From Chitinophagaceae bacterium (GTDB taxonomy: Bacteria > Bacteroidota > Bacteroidia > Chitinophagales > Chitinophagaceae), in assembly GCA_025929635.1 (NCBI GenBank), contig JAICPX010000001.1:1-40233 (forward strand): 40,233 bases of DNA. Reading direction: 5' to 3'. Under the pieces are notes generated by a model that ran no database searches, had not been told where the DNA came from, and worked only from the letters and a program-made list of their open reading frames with translations. Shown piece by piece: positions 7,989-17,294 of the stretch. A program made the position numbers and the translations under genes. How positions within the stretch are numbered: position 1 is the first letter of the stretch; the number at the start of each line of letters is the position of its first letter.

Positions 7989-8849
7989 TCAACTCCATTC
8001 TTCTTTTTCTTCCCTTGCTTTTTCTTTTTCTACTCTAAAGGCCAGCCCAATGCTGATCTCATACAGCAACCAAAGCGGAACGGTAACTACAATTTGACTG
8101 ATTACATCAGGAGGGGTTATGATTGCGGCAACAATCAAAATAGCGACAACGGCATAACGGCGATTTTTTCTTAAAAAACTCCCTGTTACAATACCGATCT
8201 TTGCGAGGAAAAACATCACAAGCGGCATTTGAAAGGCAAGACCTGATCCCAGCACCAGGGGCATCATTGTGTTGATATAGCTTTTGATCGTCCAGATGTT
8301 TTGGATAGAATCCGACATGGTAAACGTGGCGAGGAAATTCATGCTAAAAGGCATGAGAATAAAATATCCAAACAAAACACCGGTAAAAAATAAAAAAGAC
8401 ACCCAAAAGATCACTCCACGGGTTTTCCTTAATTCGTTTTTGGTTAATGCAGGTCTTACGAACTTCCAGAATTCGCGGAATACTAAAGGAAATGCAAGAA
8501 TAAAACCTGTGACAAACATCGAGGTGAAGAACAACGACACCTGGCCGGTGGTGTCCACATTTTGCATCGTTACCCCAATTTTGCCGATGCACATTTTATC
8601 GCCCAATCCTATCTGTCGCCCCCATTCACATATTTTCTTAAAAGTGACAAAATCTTCATGGATAGGTCCTAATACGATTTTATCAACGATAAATTGATTG
8701 TAAATGGCTGCAACGATCATTCCTAATACAATAAATAATACGCTTCGAAAAAGGTGCTTCCTCAATACTTCAAGGTGATCTATAAAAGACATTTCGGCCT
8801 TTTCTTCAATCCCCTCTTTTTTTTTCCAGCCAAATAAACTGAAAGCCAT
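7989..8849 (-). CDS. tatC: Twin-arginine translocase subunit TatC
   Basis: 286 aa. Contains MSFIDHLEVLRKHLFRSV, six TM segments, and the typical TatC length and topology. Confidence 0.85.
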   Translation of the reverse strand: MAFSLFGWKKKEGIEEKAEMSFIDHLEVLRKHLFRSVLFIVLGMIVAAIYNQFIVDKIVLGPIHEDFVTFKKICEWGRQIGLGDKMCIGKIGVTMQNVDTTGQVSLFFTSMFVTGFILAFPLVFREFWKFVRPALTKNELRKTRGVIFWVSFLFFTGVLFGYFILMPFSMNFLATFTMSDSIQNIWTIKSYINTMMPLVLGSGLAFQMPLVMFFLAKIGIVTGSFLRKNRRYAVVAILIVAAIITPPDVISQIVVTVPLWLLYEISIGLAFRVEKEKAREEKEEWS

Positions 8850-8867
8850 TTTTAGATATTAGAATCG

Positions 8868-8875
8868 CAAATATA
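8868..8875 (-). promoter_or_regulatory. -7 promoter box TAtaTTTG
   Basis: Perfect TAnnTTTG on the minus strand, 19 nt upstream of the tatC ATG. Confidence 0.55.
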
Positions 8876-8906
8876 AGTAGGGCTGCTGTAACCTCTTCAA
8901 AAACAA

Positions 8907-8928
8907 AACCCCGGCAAATACCGGGGTT
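8907..8928 (-). terminator. Intrinsic terminator
   Basis: AACCCCGG / CCGGGGTT stem. On the minus strand it is followed by TTTGTTTTTG, downstream of the metalloprotease stop at 8951. Confidence 0.7.
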
Positions 8929-8950
8929 CGTTCTTTGAGGATTTAGTTTT

Positions 8951-11560
8951 TTATTTTACAGCCAACGCTTTATCAATTATAAAATTGAGATTGGTTCTGT
9001 GTGCGCGGGTTTGTTCATCTGTCGAAACCGCAGTTGCCAGCAATCCCTTGACCTTTTTAAGGGTACTAAGTATTGCTGCTTTTGACGCATTGTCATAGGA
9101 ACTTGTAGGAGCAGATATTATTGCTGCAAGTCCTTTTACGTATTCCGTCTGCAAATTCAGCCTGTACAAATTCACATTTGTTTTCAGATCGGCTGCAAAC
9201 ACGGCCTTCGTAAGGTCACTCATCATATCGGCAGCCGTGTACGTGTTCCCATACAATGTGCTGTTATTAATTCTTGTCAATGTATTTGAACTCATCAAAT
9301 GAGCAAACAAACCAACCTGTATTGACAATACAAACGATTGCGGTTTTATATCCTCGCCTGCGCCAAAGAAATTGAAACCGCGACGCTGCAATTGTAAGTA
9401 TGGGAATAATGCGGCATCTCCTTTGAAAGCATCAGGTGCAAAAACATATTTTGATAAAAACGCCATTGCTTTCTTTTGATAAGCCGCAGACACGGGAGTA
9501 AATGGCTTATTGGTTGTTTCCTGACCAACATAACTTCTGTCAACCATGATACCACCAATATAACGGCTGACTGAGTGAGCCATTTGATTACGCTGTCCCA
9601 TTAAATTCCCATAACGGCTTCTGAGCTCAGCATATGATCTTCCGGGCTTGCTGTATTTTTCTTTCAACTTGCCCATTAAAGAATTTATAAGACTAAAACG
9701 ATCTTCTGCATAAGCAACCATATCATTACTCATGTCACTGACCATTACCCTTGGGTCGATGCCGCCACCTCCTGGTGAACGCATATCATCAGCGTCATTT
9801 CCAAAAGTAAGTTCAGGCTGATGGCTACGACTCAGGATCTTTTTCAAGCCTGCTTCTTCTTCGGAAGGGCTAAACGGTGTATATCCAAATTCAATGGCCC
9901 AAAGGTCATAGGGTCCTGCCTTCGTTGTATAATAATCACCCTGCTTTCCCCGATCATACGAAACATTCACGGCAGGATAATCCATCACTGAACCAGTCAG
10001 GCCTTTCTTTTGAGTGATGTCTTTGTTGTTTACTTCTGCAGGGCTCAGCATCTGGCTCGATTTCATATTGTGATTCAATCCCAATGTATGCCCCATTTCA
10101 TGCATGATCAGGAAATACAGGAATTGCTTATGAAGTGTTTTTATTTCACCAGGTTCTGCACCTGTTGCTTCTAATGTGGTAAGCCCTGCAGTGAACTGAG
10201 CTTTTAATTCTGTTCCGATATTACAAGCCCATTCTTTTTTGAACCCGGGGAAATTTAGTTCGTCGTGTTTATGAGAATTCAATAACAAGGTAGGCAGATC
10301 GGTATTGATTGATTTTACATCGAACAATTCTTCCTGTATCGGGCTTGAGCTGCCAGACATCCATTCGACAGTGATATCGGCACCCAGTATTTGACCTGTT
10401 TTTGGATTTACAAAGCTGGGCCCGATAGCTCCGTAAGGAGGATAGGGCGAAGATACCCAGCGGATAACATTGTAACGAATATCAGCAGGATCCCATTTGG
10501 CATCGTCAGGCATGATCTTCATTATAACTGCATTTTTGAAACCTGCTTTTTCAAAAGCTTCGTTCCATTTTTCACCGGCTTCTTTGATTGTCTGGCGAAA
10601 TTCTACAGGAGTCGTATTCTCGATCCACCAGACTATTGGCTCTACGGGCTCGCTGATCGCAGCATTTGGATCTTTCTTTTGCAAATTCCACCGATTGATC
10701 ATGTCCCTGTAATCTGCAACCTTGATGCTCGTCAGATTTTCTACTTCCTGGGTGAAATAACCAACTCTTGGATCATCTAAGCGAGGACGAAAATCGTTTT
10801 CCGGCATTTCAAGAAAACTATGCTGAAAACGGATCCGGTTATAACGGGCATCTGTGATATCTTTTCTACCCTGGTTGAATGGAGCAGGATTATCATAGGC
10901 CAGTTCAACTACAACATCGGTATTGTTTGGGTAAGAACGAACTGTCTTGTAACCGGATTTTGTAGCGTTCAGGGTACCGAGGTTAAATACCAACTGGGCA
11001 GCAGGGCCAGGAGCAACCAAAGGTTTTACAGGGTCAAGTTTCTCACTTAAGAATAACGCATCACCTGCTAAGATGTATCCGGTCGAATCTTCACCATCAA
11101 TTTTCGCAGAATAAAAAACAGCTTCTGTTACGTCCACATTTGCTGCTTTGCTTACAGCATTGTTCGGGTCATACCAGAAGTTTGTGTTCACCTGGGAGAA
11201 TTCCAGCTTGTCAAAATTCTTTTTGACCCGGAATACCCATGTGGCGCGGATCATATTCTGATGCAGGAATAAACTGGTGGGTCCACCCATGGAAAAACTC
11301 TGGTAAATGAATTCTTTACCCAATTGATTTTTCTTTACATAGAGTTGAACACTGCCGGTTGCAGTATCCTGGTAAAGCGTGAATAACCCGTCAATTTTTT
11401 TGCTGGTCTTCACCTTATCAGCCACCGTTGGTTTGGGAGGCGTCGGTGGTGCCTTCTTCGTCGTATCTGCTTTTGCAGCCGGATTATTTTGTGCAACGCT
11501 GTACATGCACATAAAAACTCCACTTGCCAGCAAAAGCAAGGTTCTTTTTGCTTGTATCAT
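8951..11560 (-). CDS. Large secreted zinc-dependent metalloprotease (DUF5117/DUF4953-type)
   Basis: 869 aa with a signal peptide and the zincin motif HEMGHTLGLNHN. Size and layout are typical of the Bacteroidota zinc-dependent metalloprotease family. Confidence 0.75.
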   Translation of the reverse strand: MIQAKRTLLLLASGVFMCMYSVAQNNPAAKADTTKKAPPTPPKPTVADKVKTSKKIDGLFTLYQDTATGSVQLYVKKNQLGKEFIYQSFSMGGPTSLFLHQNMIRATWVFRVKKNFDKLEFSQVNTNFWYDPNNAVSKAANVDVTEAVFYSAKIDGEDSTGYILAGDALFLSEKLDPVKPLVAPGPAAQLVFNLGTLNATKSGYKTVRSYPNNTDVVVELAYDNPAPFNQGRKDITDARYNRIRFQHSFLEMPENDFRPRLDDPRVGYFTQEVENLTSIKVADYRDMINRWNLQKKDPNAAISEPVEPIVWWIENTTPVEFRQTIKEAGEKWNEAFEKAGFKNAVIMKIMPDDAKWDPADIRYNVIRWVSSPYPPYGAIGPSFVNPKTGQILGADITVEWMSGSSSPIQEELFDVKSINTDLPTLLLNSHKHDELNFPGFKKEWACNIGTELKAQFTAGLTTLEATGAEPGEIKTLHKQFLYFLIMHEMGHTLGLNHNMKSSQMLSPAEVNNKDITQKKGLTGSVMDYPAVNVSYDRGKQGDYYTTKAGPYDLWAIEFGYTPFSPSEEEAGLKKILSRSHQPELTFGNDADDMRSPGGGGIDPRVMVSDMSNDMVAYAEDRFSLINSLMGKLKEKYSKPGRSYAELRSRYGNLMGQRNQMAHSVSRYIGGIMVDRSYVGQETTNKPFTPVSAAYQKKAMAFLSKYVFAPDAFKGDAALFPYLQLQRRGFNFFGAGEDIKPQSFVLSIQVGLFAHLMSSNTLTRINNSTLYGNTYTAADMMSDLTKAVFAADLKTNVNLYRLNLQTEYVKGLAAIISAPTSSYDNASKAAILSTLKKVKGLLATAVSTDEQTRAHRTNLNFIIDKALAVK

Positions 11561-11640
11561 TTTCGTGTTGATTTTTTTTGAAGGACGAAAGATAATCCTC
11601 TGGGAGGAAGTTTAAAAAAATAAAATGGACAAGCGGTATC

Positions 11641-11672
11641 CCAAAACCTTGTTGAAACGCCCAACAAAGGGG
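11641..11672 (-). terminator. Intrinsic terminator
   Basis: On the minus strand, a CCTTTGTTG...CAACAAGG stem (one bulge) followed by TTTTGG lies directly after the stop at 11673. Confidence 0.5.
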
Positions 11673-12929
11673 CTATTTCAATTTCTTGATCTTGACCATC
11701 TCTATGCGGGTATCACTTACGTTCATAATATCGAATTCATAGTCAGCAATAATGATCCGCTCCTTTTGCTTTGGTATTGTTTCGTGGTAGTTAATAATAA
11801 AGCCTGAAAGGGTTTCGGTTTCATCCACAGGGAAATCAAATCCGTATTTTTCATTAATATAGTCAAGCTCAAGCCGCCCCGAAAAGATATATTCATTCTC
11901 TGCAATTTGCTTTTCAACGAACTCTTCGACGTCATATTCGTCCTGTATCTCCCCAAATATCTCTTCCAGCACGTCTTCCATTGTGATGATGCCGGCAGTC
12001 CCCCCGAATTCATCTACTACCCAGGCAATACTTTTTCGTTCCCGGGTAAATTTATTGATAAGATCGGTTGCACTCATGCTTTCAGGAACGGCTGGAATGG
12101 GCAGCAACACCGATTGAATTGCTTCCGGCCGTTTGAACATATCCAGCTGATGCACATATCCAATAATATGATCGATGTTGCCTTCATACACCACAATTCT
12201 CGACAACTTTGTCTCGATAAAGATCTTGCGTAAGGTTTCAATAGTTTCCTTTATGTCGATACCAACGATCTCTTTTCTTGGCACCAGGCTTTGACGAATC
12301 CTGATCTTTGGAAGTTCCAATGCATTTTCAAAAAACTCGGTGTTTAACGGTTGCTTTTCATCTTCTACTTCTTTAGCCTGGCGAAAAAGATGTTCAAGAT
12401 CGGTCCGACCAAAAACTTCTTTCTTTTCGTCAACTCTTACATTGAAAACATATTTTAATAACCATTTGGCTATGTCAATAAATCAGGCTGCAATAGGGTC
12501 GAACATCTGGTAGAACATATCGATCAATTGCGCCAGGCGGGTAAGTAATACATCTGCCCTTGCACGAAAGATGGCACGCGGAATGAATTCTGCAAAGACA
12601 AGTACAACCATGGTCGAAAGCACGATCTCAATCAGTATCTGCAACGTATCTGATCCAACATTTAATTGGGCCCATAGCGGTTCCATCACTTTGCTGATCT
12701 GCAAACCAAAGAAGACAAGGAAAACATTAAAACCGATCAATGTGGTACCTAAAAAATATACCGGGTGATCAATAAACTGGTCGAGGATCTGTCCGCTTGT
12801 TCTGCCCTGTTTCTTTTTGAGTTCAATGCTCATCTTATTGGCGCTGTAATAGGCCATTTCAATGCCGGCAAAAAAACCCATGAGCAGGATGGTAATGATG
12901 AACCAGATTATTATGCGAGCCTCATACAT
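11673..12929 (-). pseudogene. CNNM/HlyC-CorC family transporter (DUF21 + CBS pair + CorC_HlyC; GldE-like) interrupted by one in-frame TGA
   Basis: ORFs 12483-12929 (DUF21 TM part) and 11673-12320 (CBS pair + CorC_HlyC) are in the same frame. My translation of 12321-12482 is stop-free and reads FIDIAKWLLKYVFNVRVDEKKEVFGRTDLEHLFRQAKEVEDEKQPLNTEFFENA. The only interruption is the TGA at 12483-12485. The total of 418 codons is the normal length for this family. Confidence 0.75.
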
Positions 12930-13009
12930 CGGACGGTAAAGATAGTTAAAGGAGACAGAAGTGCTTTGAGGTTACTACTAGGTAAATGACGAAAGTCAAT
13001 AAATCAAAG

Positions 13010-13090
13010 GAGTCATATAAGTCAAATGGTTCAATGTGGCGAGTATCGATGCTACAATCCTATTTTGACTATTTTGACTTATATGACCAC
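13010..13090. repeat. Short-tandem-repeat hairpin element (TTGAC/TATGACC type)
   Basis: GTCATATAAGTCAAA (13012-13026) is perfectly complementary to TTTGACTTATATGAC (13073-13087). The right arm contains tandem 9-mers ATTTTGACT x2. Located between the gmk stop and the CNNM gene start. Confidence 0.7.
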
Positions 13091-13107
13091 TACGATCTGA
13101 AAGCTCT

Positions 13108-13683
13108 TCAGGCACCAAGAAATCTCCTGACAATTTCCTCCGCTTCTTTGCAGGTCCTGTTGAGATCATCATTGACGACGACCTTGTTGAATTGATCTTT
13201 GAATGTAAGTTCGTACGAAGCTTTACTGAGCCGGGTGGTCAGGCTTTCGGGTGATTCTGTTCCCCGGCTGTTCAATCTTCTTTTTAACTCATCCACTGAC
13301 GGCGGGTCAATAAATATGGAAAGAGAATGTTCAGGATGTTGTTGCTGTACATGCAGGGCGCCCTGTACATCTATATCAAGCAACGGAGTTTTTCCCTGCT
13401 TCCAGATCCGGTGCATCTCATTCTTTAATGTGCCGTAATATTTTCCTTCGTACACCATCTCCCATTCCACGAACTCGTTGCCTTGTATCTTTTTCTTAAA
13501 TTCATCCACACTCATAAAATAATAATCCTCACCATCTTTTTCATAAGCTCTTCTTTCTCTCGTTGCTGCAGAAATTGAAAAAGCCAGCTGGTCCGGGAAC
13601 ATTTTTAATAAATGCTTTGTGATCGATGTTTTGCCGGCACCCGAAGGAGCAGTAATAATGATGATCTTGTTTTCGAAAGGCAT
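13108..13683 (-). CDS. gmk: Guanylate kinase
   Basis: P-loop ITAPSGAGKTS, plus SATRERRAYEKDGEDYYF and a typical length. The tracked start is a TTG at 13689; an ATG at 13683 is preferred. Confidence 0.85.
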   Translation of the reverse strand: MPFENKIIIITAPSGAGKTSITKHLLKMFPDQLAFSISAATRERRAYEKDGEDYYFMSVDEFKKKIQGNEFVEWEMVYEGKYYGTLKNEMHRIWKQGKTPLLDIDVQGALHVQQQHPEHSLSIFIDPPSVDELKRRLNSRGTESPESLTTRLSKASYELTFKDQFNKVVVNDDLNRTCKEAEEIVRRFLGA

Positions 13684-13831
13684 GTGCAAAGAAAGGAAGA
13701 AAATGGATTACCATTTTATGACAATCAGCTTTTTTGCGTTATCCAAAGACACCAGATGGCAGGTTGTCTTGCGGGTACGGTACCTGTTTTAACCCTCAAT
13801 GATTGATCATGCAGTACAGCGGGGTTATCGT

Positions 13832-15070
13832 TTAGTTGGTAAGTGATAAACACGCGATCTTCTTTTGAAGTGTTTGCTTTTCTGTTTCAGTTTTCGCCAG
13901 AGAAATTGCATGTTGAAAATTCTCCTTTGCCTTTTTGTTATCCATTCCTGTATAAAGTTCACCAAGCAGGGTGAAATAAAAGTGATTTGATCCCAGGTTT
14001 AATTTTTCTGCTTCATTGATCGCTGCGGCCTTCCCTTTTACCTTTGAAAGAGCGTAAGTCCTGTTGAGTGCAACGAGGGGAGAATAATCAATTACCAATA
14101 GCCTATTATACAGTTGAAGAATATTGTCCCATTTTTCTTTTGTATCTGATTTGATCGTATGCAAGTACGCGATGCTTGCCTCAAGATTATATTTAGAATG
14201 TTCTGTTCCTATTTATGCTTCGCGTAAAAAATAAACGCCTCTATCGATCAATTCCTGGTTCCAGAGCGACTCATCCTGGTCATGATATAAAATGATCTCC
14301 CCGTTTTCATTTTTCCTGGCAGGAAAACGGGAAGAATGAAAACACATCAGTGAATACAGGGCGTTTACTTTCGGAAGATTCGTTTGTTGACTCTCAATAA
14401 GCATATAGGTAAGTCTCATTGCCTCGGCACACAGATCTTCACGCAATAGATTATTATCCGTCTCAGAATAATAACCTTCGCTAAAAAGCAGGTATAAGGT
14501 AGTCAATACCGCATCTAACCTTTCATTGATCTCCGCCTTGCCGGGTAATTCTATTTGTATTTTCTCTTGTCTCAACTTTTCTTTTGCTCTGTATAAGCGT
14601 TTGTTGATTGTTTCCCTGTTTGATAAAAAAGCACCCGCTATCTCGTCAATACCAAACCCGCAAAGGATCCGAAGTGCCAGCCCGATCTGGGCGCCGGCTG
14701 GTAGGGAAGGGTGGCAGATTGCAAATAGCATTTGCAGTTGACTATCTGTAATGTTTTGTTCAGATAAGTTTATTTCCAATTCCTCCGTGACAGGCGATGA
14801 ATGTTTTATTTCTGCAGCTATTTTTTCAGAAAAGATCTTTTGGCGGTGTAAGTGATTCTTTGCTTTGTTTCTTGCCACGGTATAAAGCCATGCTGTTGGA
14901 TTATCAGGAATACCCTTATAGGTCCAGGTGTCCGCTGCAAGCAAAAAAGTTTCACTGGCAATGTCTTCTGCCACCTGGATATTCCTGATGCCAAAATATT
15001 TACAAAGAACAGCAGTGATCTTTCTGAATTCGGTTCTGAATAAATGAGGAATTAATTCGCGTTGTGTCAT
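13832..15070 (-). pseudogene. ECF42-like sigma-70 family factor with C-terminal TPR-like extension, interrupted by one in-frame TAA
   Basis: ORFs 14213-15070 (sigma regions 2 and 4, plus the start of the C-terminal domain) and 13832-14164 are in the same frame. The 16 codons between them read IGTEHSKYNLEASIAY with no other stop, so the only break is the TAA at 14213-14215. The total of 412 codons is the normal length for this family. A YciI/DGPF partner gene lies immediately upstream. Confidence 0.7.
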
Positions 15071-15082
15071 TGCTGATCATTT

Positions 15083-15199
15083 GGCGTGGATATGATTATG
15101 CAATACAAGATCCTGGATACTGGATATTAGATTCGTAAACGGTTGAGGGCGCACTTCTGCAGCATCCAGTATCCCGTATCCAGCATCGAACATACGCCA
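15083..15199. repeat. Short-tandem-repeat hairpin element (TGGATA type)
   Basis: GGATACTGGAT (15115-15125) is perfectly complementary to ATCCAGTATCC (15164-15174). The outer GGCGT (15083) pairs with ACGCC (15195-15199). The arms hold TGGATA and TATCCA units. Located between the YciI stop and the sigma start. Confidence 0.7.
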
Positions 15200-15208
15200 C
15201 CCCGGTCT

Positions 15209-15571
15209 CTAATGCACTCCATCGCCCTTTGCGATCTTTCTTATTTCCAGGCTGTTTCCTTCTCCTTGCAACACCGGGCAGCCTTTTGCAAATTCAACTG
15301 CTTCTTCAACTGAACCTGCTTTTACTACGATAAACCCGCCGATCGTTTCTTTAATGTCACCAAAAGGACCGTTTGTTACAACAGCGTTGGAATTCTTTGT
15401 TGTAACAACCCTAGCTTCGTCAAATGGCAAACCTGTACCGCTTACAAATTTGTTCTGGGCTGCAATGCCCCCGATCCAATCCATCGTTTGTTTCATCCAT
15501 TCCTGTAATTGCTCGGGCGAAGCGATCTTTGTTCCGTCTTCATGTCTCATGATCAATGCATACTCTTCCAT
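15209..15571 (-). CDS. YciI-like / DGPF domain protein
   Basis: 120 aa with GGFIVVKAGSVEEAVEFAKGCP typical of the YciI fold. It is adjacent to an ECF42-type sigma, which is the known conserved context. Confidence 0.7.
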   Translation of the reverse strand: MEEYALIMRHEDGTKIASPEQLQEWMKQTMDWIGGIAAQNKFVSGTGLPFDEARVVTTKNSNAVVTNGPFGDIKETIGGFIVVKAGSVEEAVEFAKGCPVLQGEGNSLEIRKIAKGDGVH

Positions 15572-15644
15572 GTGTTTACGTTTAAATAGTTATTAAATGT
15601 TTTATACATTAATAACAAATGAGATTGACTGAACTGGACATCCA

Positions 15645-15917
15645 TTAATGATTTTTTTTCATATGGTTTTGTGAAGCGTGTTTGTCTCTGATAATGTTTA
15701 CACTGTTACATCTATTACACCACCAATAGATTTTAACCTCGTCTTTTAATCGTATTTCAGTCCTGTTTTTACACAGTTCACATACTCTTTCAAAAGATTC
15801 AACTTCATATGCTGTATATCTACACTTGTAACAAGTCCATATTGTAATAAGATCTCCTTCACCTATGCTCCAGGTAAATGAAGATTCTTTACATTTTGGA
15901 CAAATTTGAAGTGCCAT
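15645..15917 (-). CDS. Tandem zinc-ribbon mini-protein (hypothetical)
   Basis: 90 aa with four CxxC pairs (C6/C9, C29/C32, C46/C49, C67/C70) forming two similar half-domains, each with a W two residues before its second CxxC. Visibly more AT-rich than its neighbours. Confidence 0.5.
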   Translation of the reverse strand: MALQICPKCKESSFTWSIGEGDLITIWTCYKCRYTAYEVESFERVCELCKNRTEIRLKDEVKIYWWCNRCNSVNIIRDKHASQNHMKKNH

Positions 15918-15926
15918 AGGAAAGCC

Positions 15927-17204
15927 TTAATTGCTTCTTATTTTTTTTGCCACTTCCATCAATGTATAAATAACTAACCCGATGCAAATAGCTATTGCGA
16001 CAGCGATCAACTCATTTCTTTTTGCGCTGCTTAATAACCAAACAGCGATCAGAACACCAATTACAGCAAAAACATTTCCATATTTTATTTTAAAATATGC
16101 CGTTTGTTCTGGTCTTTTCTTTCTGAGAATAATGAGCGTAATGCAAACAATGGCATAGATCATCACCCGGGTAATGGCACTGATAGTAGCCGCTTCAAGA
16201 AATGAATAAGTAAGAGAGACAATGATTGTTACAACCAAAAATAACAATAACGACCATGTAGGTGTCTTGTATTTTGGATGGATAAATGAAAAAACCTTGG
16301 GAAATTGATTTTCTTCGCTAAAGGCAAAAGGCAATCTTGAACCGACGAGCATGATGGCATTTAGTGTGCCTGTTATCGAAAACAGAGCGCCAAGGGTAAT
16401 GATAAGTGCCCCTGTTTTACCCATAATTATTTGTGAGGCATCTGCCAACGGTTTATCTGTTGTCGCAAGCGATGGCAATGTACCGATGCTTACAATTTGT
16501 ACCAGCATATAAATACTTGCGATGATCAATGCCGCAAGCAATAAGGCAAAAGGAAGATTCTTTTCGGGGTTCTTTACTTCACCTGAATTGACAAGTACCG
16601 ATTCAAATCCGCCGAAGGCGAAAACCAACAACAAAACTGTCGATGAAAAAGAACCAAAGCCCGGAAATTCGCGGGCCTGGTAATTTTCTCCTTTGATAAA
16701 AAAGAACCCTACAATGATAAATAACAAAAGGGGGAGGAGTTTGGCAAACGTCAGGAAATTATTTACCCGCGTACTATTCTTTACACCGATATGATTTACA
16801 TAAGCAAGAAAAACGGTGAGCAATACAATTGTAATGATCCGTGACGATAACAAAGTAAACCAATCCGAGAAAACAGAAAGATAAGTGACCAGTAAATTGA
16901 TCAATGCGGCATAGGTTATAAATCTTGTCAGCAACAATAACCAACCCGTAAGAAAAGCCGGCAGCGGACCGAAAGAAGACAACGCATACAGATAAGGGCC
17001 GCCTGTTTTATCAAAACGACTGCTTACTTCCGCAAAGCATAAAATGATAATAAATACAGCAATTGCGCAAATAAAAAAAGCAGCGATACTATAAACTCCA
17101 ACTTCTTTAAATGCTTTGGAAGGCAATCCAAAGATACCCGAACCTATTACTCCATTGATGACAAGCAATACCATTGCCCACCTGCTGATACTCCGGTTTA
17201 GCAT
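15927..17204 (-). CDS. APC superfamily amino acid permease
   Basis: 425 aa, about 12 TM segments. The N-terminal GSGIFGLPS motif is typical of APC transporters. Confidence 0.75.
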   Translation of the reverse strand: MLNRSISRWAMVLLVINGVIGSGIFGLPSKAFKEVGVYSIAAFFICAIAVFIIILCFAEVSSRFDKTGGPYLYALSSFGPLPAFLTGWLLLLTRFITYAALINLLVTYLSVFSDWFTLLSSRIITIVLLTVFLAYVNHIGVKNSTRVNNFLTFAKLLPLLLFIIVGFFFIKGENYQAREFPGFGSFSSTVLLLVFAFGGFESVLVNSGEVKNPEKNLPFALLLAALIIASIYMLVQIVSIGTLPSLATTDKPLADASQIIMGKTGALIITLGALFSITGTLNAIMLVGSRLPFAFSEENQFPKVFSFIHPKYKTPTWSLLLFLVVTIIVSLTYSFLEAATISAITRVMIYAIVCITLIILRKKRPEQTAYFKIKYGNVFAVIGVLIAVWLLSSAKRNELIAVAIAICIGLVIYTLMEVAKKIRSN

Positions 17205-17294
17205 TGGGAAAAGATAGGAGAAAAAAGTAAAAAAGGAGCGATTGTGAGGTCCCGGGCACTGGCAGCCGCCCGATATTGGTAAGAAACCTTGGAA

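Noticed and set aside
12483-12485. In-frame TGA read as selenocysteine or as a reassigned codon (genetic code 4 or 25).
   Set aside because: The other long ORFs in the window are intact under the standard code, and at least seven of them end in TGA (checked: gldC, CBS, POTRA OMP, K+ channel, murI, yidD, glycosyltransferase). No SECIS-like hairpin follows the codon. The second interrupted gene uses TAA, not TGA.
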